NCBI GenBank assembly: GCA_963803435.1
Contig: CAWDML010000001.1
Coordinates: 1,952,001 to 2,016,000, forward strand
Origin: an uncultured delta proteobacterium
GTDB lineage: Bacteria > Myxococcota > Kuafuiibacteriia > Kuafuiibacteriales > Kuafuiibacteriaceae
DNA: 64,000 nt
Direction of reading: 5' to 3'
Below, piece by piece: positions 60,802 through 64,000 of the stretch (position 1 is its first letter; every line of letters starts with the position of its first letter). Under the pieces are notes generated by a model. That model was given only the letters and a program-made list of their open reading frames with translations, was not told where the DNA came from and did no database searches. The position numbers and the translations under genes were made by a program.

Positions 60802-62196
60802 GTGCTTCGCGCACTGATCCTGGCCACCCTCGGAATCCCGGTTTGCGCCGCCCTCTTCACCGGCGCGGTGACCTTCGTCCTCTTCTCGTACGGGGCCGGC
60901 GAGCCCCCCGACGCCGCCGATCTGGCGGGCGCCCTCATGTTCGGTGGGCTCTCGCTGGTCGTGGTGTTGCTGGCGCTCCGGGCCTCGCGCAGGGAGGACA
61001 GCGTGGCGCCGATGCTCTCCCGCGCCGCGCCGGTGCTGCTCCTGCTGGGCGCCATCGGCGGAGCCTGGGCCACGGTGGCGATCTCCCGCGATCACCTGGA
61101 GTCGCTGGCGGCCTCGCGGGAGGACGAGTGTCACGAGTACCTCGAGGACCGCGCGACCGAGGCGGCGATGACCACCTGCCTCCGCGAGGTGAGGACGTGC
61201 GAGCAGAAGGTCCGCGAAGACGACTCGGGCCGCAGCACCACGATCCTGATCCAGGAGTGCCTCGCCAAACGGGTGGGCGCGCTCGAGCTGATGGGCAAGG
61301 TCGCCGAGACCCCACACGGACCGGCGGACGAGGCGGTGAAGCCGGTGTACCCGGCCGAGGTGGAGAACGTACCGCCGGTGGTCGATCGCCTCTGCGATCT
61401 CCTGCACGGTCTCCCCAAGCGCAGGCGGGCCGAGTGCTGCCAGAAGAAGCCGGGCGTGATCCTCACGAGGGAGTGCGTACGTAACCTCACCGGCGCGCTC
61501 GCCGACGGCGCGGTCACGCTGGCGGACGTCAACGTCGACGCCTGCGAGAACGCGATGAAGTCGGCCCACGAGACCTGCGATTGGGTCGGGCCGCGTCCGC
61601 CCGGCGTCCCCGAGGCCTGCCTCGGCCTGCTGCGCGGCACCCGCAAGCTCAACGATGCCTGCCGCTCCTCGCTCGAGTGTCAACACGGGTTGCGCTGCGT
61701 GGGATCCGGTCCCACCGAGCCCGGCCACTGCGCCAAGCCGGGCGCGATCGGCTCGCCGTGCAACACGTCCGTGGACACGCTGGCGGTCTACGTCCGCCAG
61801 GACGACGTCAATCGGCGCCACCCGGCCTGCTCCGACGGGTTCTGCGAGCGAAACCGATGCGTCGAGAAGATCCGGAGCGGCGGCGCCTGCAAGGCCAACG
61901 ATCAGTGTCTCTTCGGTCGATGCGCCGACGGACGCTGTGTCGACGAGCGGACCGCGGACGTCGGCGAGGCGTGCCTGGGCGGCGACTGCATCGAGGGCAC
62001 CCGCTGCATTGGCGGGAAGTGCGCCGAGCTCAAGGGGCTGGGCGCCGATTGCACCAAGAACGCCGAGTGCCGGGCCGCCTGCGTGGACGGAAAGTGCGCG
62101 CTCGGGTGCGAGGACGCGCCGCTGCTCAAGAAGCTGAGCCCTCCGCCGGCCCCCGCCGTCACCCCGGGCACGTCGGCACCGGCCAAGAAGCCCTGA
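60802..62196 (+). CDS. Membrane protein (3 TMs) with Cys-rich extracellular domain
   Basis: N-terminal TMs followed by many Cys repeats; start estimated. Confidence 0.65.
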   Translation: MLRALILATLGIPVCAALFTGAVTFVLFSYGAGEPPDAADLAGALMFGGLSLVVVLLALRASRREDSVAPMLSRAAPVLLLLGAIGGAWATVAISRDHLESLAASREDECHEYLEDRATEAAMTTCLREVRTCEQKVREDDSGRSTTILIQECLAKRVGALELMGKVAETPHGPADEAVKPVYPAEVENVPPVVDRLCDLLHGLPKRRRAECCQKKPGVILTRECVRNLTGALADGAVTLADVNVDACENAMKSAHETCDWVGPRPPGVPEACLGLLRGTRKLNDACRSSLECQHGLRCVGSGPTEPGHCAKPGAIGSPCNTSVDTLAVYVRQDDVNRRHPACSDGFCERNRCVEKIRSGGACKANDQCLFGRCADGRCVDERTADVGEACLGGDCIEGTRCIGGKCAELKGLGADCTKNAECRAACVDGKCALGCEDAPLLKKLSPPPAPAVTPGTSAPAKKP

Positions 62197-62216
62197 GGAC
62201 GCGCCCCTGTCCTCCG

Positions 62217-63437
62217 CTACCGAGGCTCGAGCGGAAACCTGAGCGTGAACGTGGTGCCGGCGCCGAGCGTCGACTCGACCGCGATGCTGCCGCGATGAGC
62301 GTCCATCACGTCCCTCACGATCTTCGTCCCCAGCCCGGTACCTCCAGGCGTGCGGCTGATCGGGTTCTGCGAGAACAGCCGATCGCGGACCGCGGGCTCC
62401 ATGCCACGCCCGTCGTCGGCGATCTCGATCTCGATCCACTCCCCGTCGCGCCGCCCGCGGATCGCCACCCGCCCGGCCCCCGAGATCTCCGGGATCGCGT
62501 TGATCACAAGATTGTAGAACGCCGTGTAGATCCGGCTCTCGTCCCCGACCAGGGCCGGGAGCGCCTCGAGCCCCTCGGCCTCGAGCGTGATCGCCCGCTC
62601 CTGCGCCAGCGGACCGAGCGCCGCGAACACGTCGGCGACCACCAGAGCGAGTTGCAACGGCGCGAACGTGGGCGGGCTGGAGCGGCCCTTCACGCAGTCG
62701 GCGATCTCCTTGACCCGATGTCGAATGCGCCCTGCGCTCTTGTGGATGGCGCCCAACGAATCGAAGCAAAGCTCTCGGCTGGCCTGCACCTCGGCGGTCG
62801 GCGGCTGGCGCTCGAACAGCTCGCGCAGCTCCTCGTCGAGGAGATCAGCGCACGAGATCACGGGGGTCAGCAGGTTCTTCAGGTCGTGGCCGATGTTCCC
62901 GAGCATCCGCGCGATCTCGGCCAGCCGCTCCTGCTCGAAGAGCCGGGCGTGCTCGATCGCCATCGCAGCAAAGCTGGCGATCACGGTCAGCACATCGAGG
63001 TCGGCCTGATCGAGGGTGCCGTCCCTCTTGTTGAGCGCATTGAGCACGCCGATCGGCGCGCCGCCCCAGCGCTTGAGCGGGACCGTGATCATGTCGCGCG
63101 TCTCGAAGCCGGTCGCGGCGTCGACACGGTCGAAGTGCTGGGCGCTCTTCTGCGCGTCGAGCGTGAGCTGTGCCTCGCCGCTCTGAAAGACCGCGCCCGC
63201 GATCCCGCGGTCCCAGGGGATCGCGGTGCCCCGCGGAACCGGCTTCTCCCCGATCGAGTACTGGAACACCAGGGTCCGATGCTCCGGGTCGGCGAGCAGG
63301 ATCGAGCCGGCCTGGGCCCGGACCTCCTCGAGCGCGGTCTCGAGGGCGATGATCGGGATCCGCTCCAGATCGAACGAGTCGAACAGCGATCGGCTCACCC
63401 GACTGAGGGCCTCGATCGTGTGGGCCTCGCCGGTCAC
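62217..63437 (-). CDS. GAF-domain sensor histidine kinase (cytoplasmic)
   Basis: GAF (GIAG.V..G, D..TGF.TR...VPL, LNK..G); GHDLKN.L.P, NL..NA, DDG.GM, GGTGLG. Confidence 0.92.
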   Translation of the reverse strand: MTGEAHTIEALSRVSRSLFDSFDLERIPIIALETALEEVRAQAGSILLADPEHRTLVFQYSIGEKPVPRGTAIPWDRGIAGAVFQSGEAQLTLDAQKSAQHFDRVDAATGFETRDMITVPLKRWGGAPIGVLNALNKRDGTLDQADLDVLTVIASFAAMAIEHARLFEQERLAEIARMLGNIGHDLKNLLTPVISCADLLDEELRELFERQPPTAEVQASRELCFDSLGAIHKSAGRIRHRVKEIADCVKGRSSPPTFAPLQLALVVADVFAALGPLAQERAITLEAEGLEALPALVGDESRIYTAFYNLVINAIPEISGAGRVAIRGRRDGEWIEIEIADDGRGMEPAVRDRLFSQNPISRTPGGTGLGTKIVRDVMDAHRGSIAVESTLGAGTTFTLRFPLEPR

Positions 63438-64000
63438 CGGGACGCTCCGCCGAGCGGAATCACGCGATGCGGCGTGACCATGCTCGCCTTTCCCTTGACG
63501 GCGATCTGCGGGAGCGCCTCCGTCGGGAGGTCCGGAGGCAGCCGCGCTGCGGTCGCGTCGCTCAACCACACTTCGCCGGCGGGCGCGTGGCTGGTCAGGC
63601 GCGACGCCAGGTTGACCGTATCGCCGATGACGGAGAACTGCATCTTGCGCGGCGTTCCCAGGTTCCCGGCGACCACCGGGCCGGTGGCGACGCCGACGCC
63701 GATCTCGAGCGAGCCCACCTCGGGGAACTCGTTCGAGGCGTTCAGGATCAGGATCTTCTCCTGGAGCGCCATCGCGCAGCGGGTCCCGCGAACCACGTGG
63801 TCCTCCTGCTCCAGCGGCGCGTTGAAGATCACGTAGAGCGCGTCGCCGATGAACTTGTCGATGTAGCCCTCGTACTGATTCACGACGCCGACGACGTGCC
63901 CGTAGTAGCGGTTCAGCACGTCGAGCATCCGAATCGGGCTCCAGAGCCTCGCCCATGGTGGTGAAGCCGCGGATGTCCGCGAAGAAGACCGTCGCCTCGC
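63434..64000 (-). CDS. Class III adenylate/guanylate cyclase, C-terminal part; +1 frameshift near 63933
   Basis: VFFADIRGFT, DKFIGDA, IGDTVNLASRL; Lys in DKF suggests ATP substrate. Confidence 0.9.
   Translation of the reverse strand, partial: ARRRSSSRTSAASPPWARLWSPIRMLDVLNRYYGHVVGVVNQYEGYIDKFIGDALYVIFNAPLEQEDHVVRGTRCAMALQEKILILNASNEFPEVGSLEIGVGVATGPVVAGNLGTPRKMQFSVIGDTVNLASRLTSHAPAGEVWLSDATAARLPPDLPTEALPQIAVKGKASMVTPHRVIPLGGASR

Overview
High-GC chromosomal window whose gene content (DAG-linker and Cys-rich lipoproteins, Ser/Thr kinases, an ECF/anti-sigma/beta-barrel module, a DUF4388-like gene) suggests a myxobacterium or relative; this taxonomy is inferred. About 60 real CDS are buried among many antisense shadow ORFs. 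I saw no rRNA, tRNA, CRISPR array or transposase. Main blocks: metabolic genes (1-6.1 kb); a minus-strand run NFACT-DedA-transglutaminase-hypothetical followed by an unusual, probably single ~1330-aa protein joining a divergent CCA/poly(A)-polymerase-type nucleotidyltransferase, a nucleoside-phosphorylase domain and a second, minimal nucleotidyltransferase (6.1-10.1 kb, top candidate for a new system); a Lys-rich histone-like gene behind a ~28-copy GATC cluster (14.4-15.2 kb); an ECF module, three Hsp20 genes and two kinases (21-33 kb); a large glycosylation region (16.5-20.7 kb and 34.2-58.3 kb) with GT2/GT-C enzymes, UDP-pentose enzymes, a CDP branched-sugar pathway and a B12 radical SAM; comF, rlmH and a cyclase/GAF kinase pair at the end. 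Eight genes carry nine single-base frameshifts, and 8 of the 9 lie in or within a few bases of a GATC, which points to sequencing errors at methylated sites rather than true pseudogenes.
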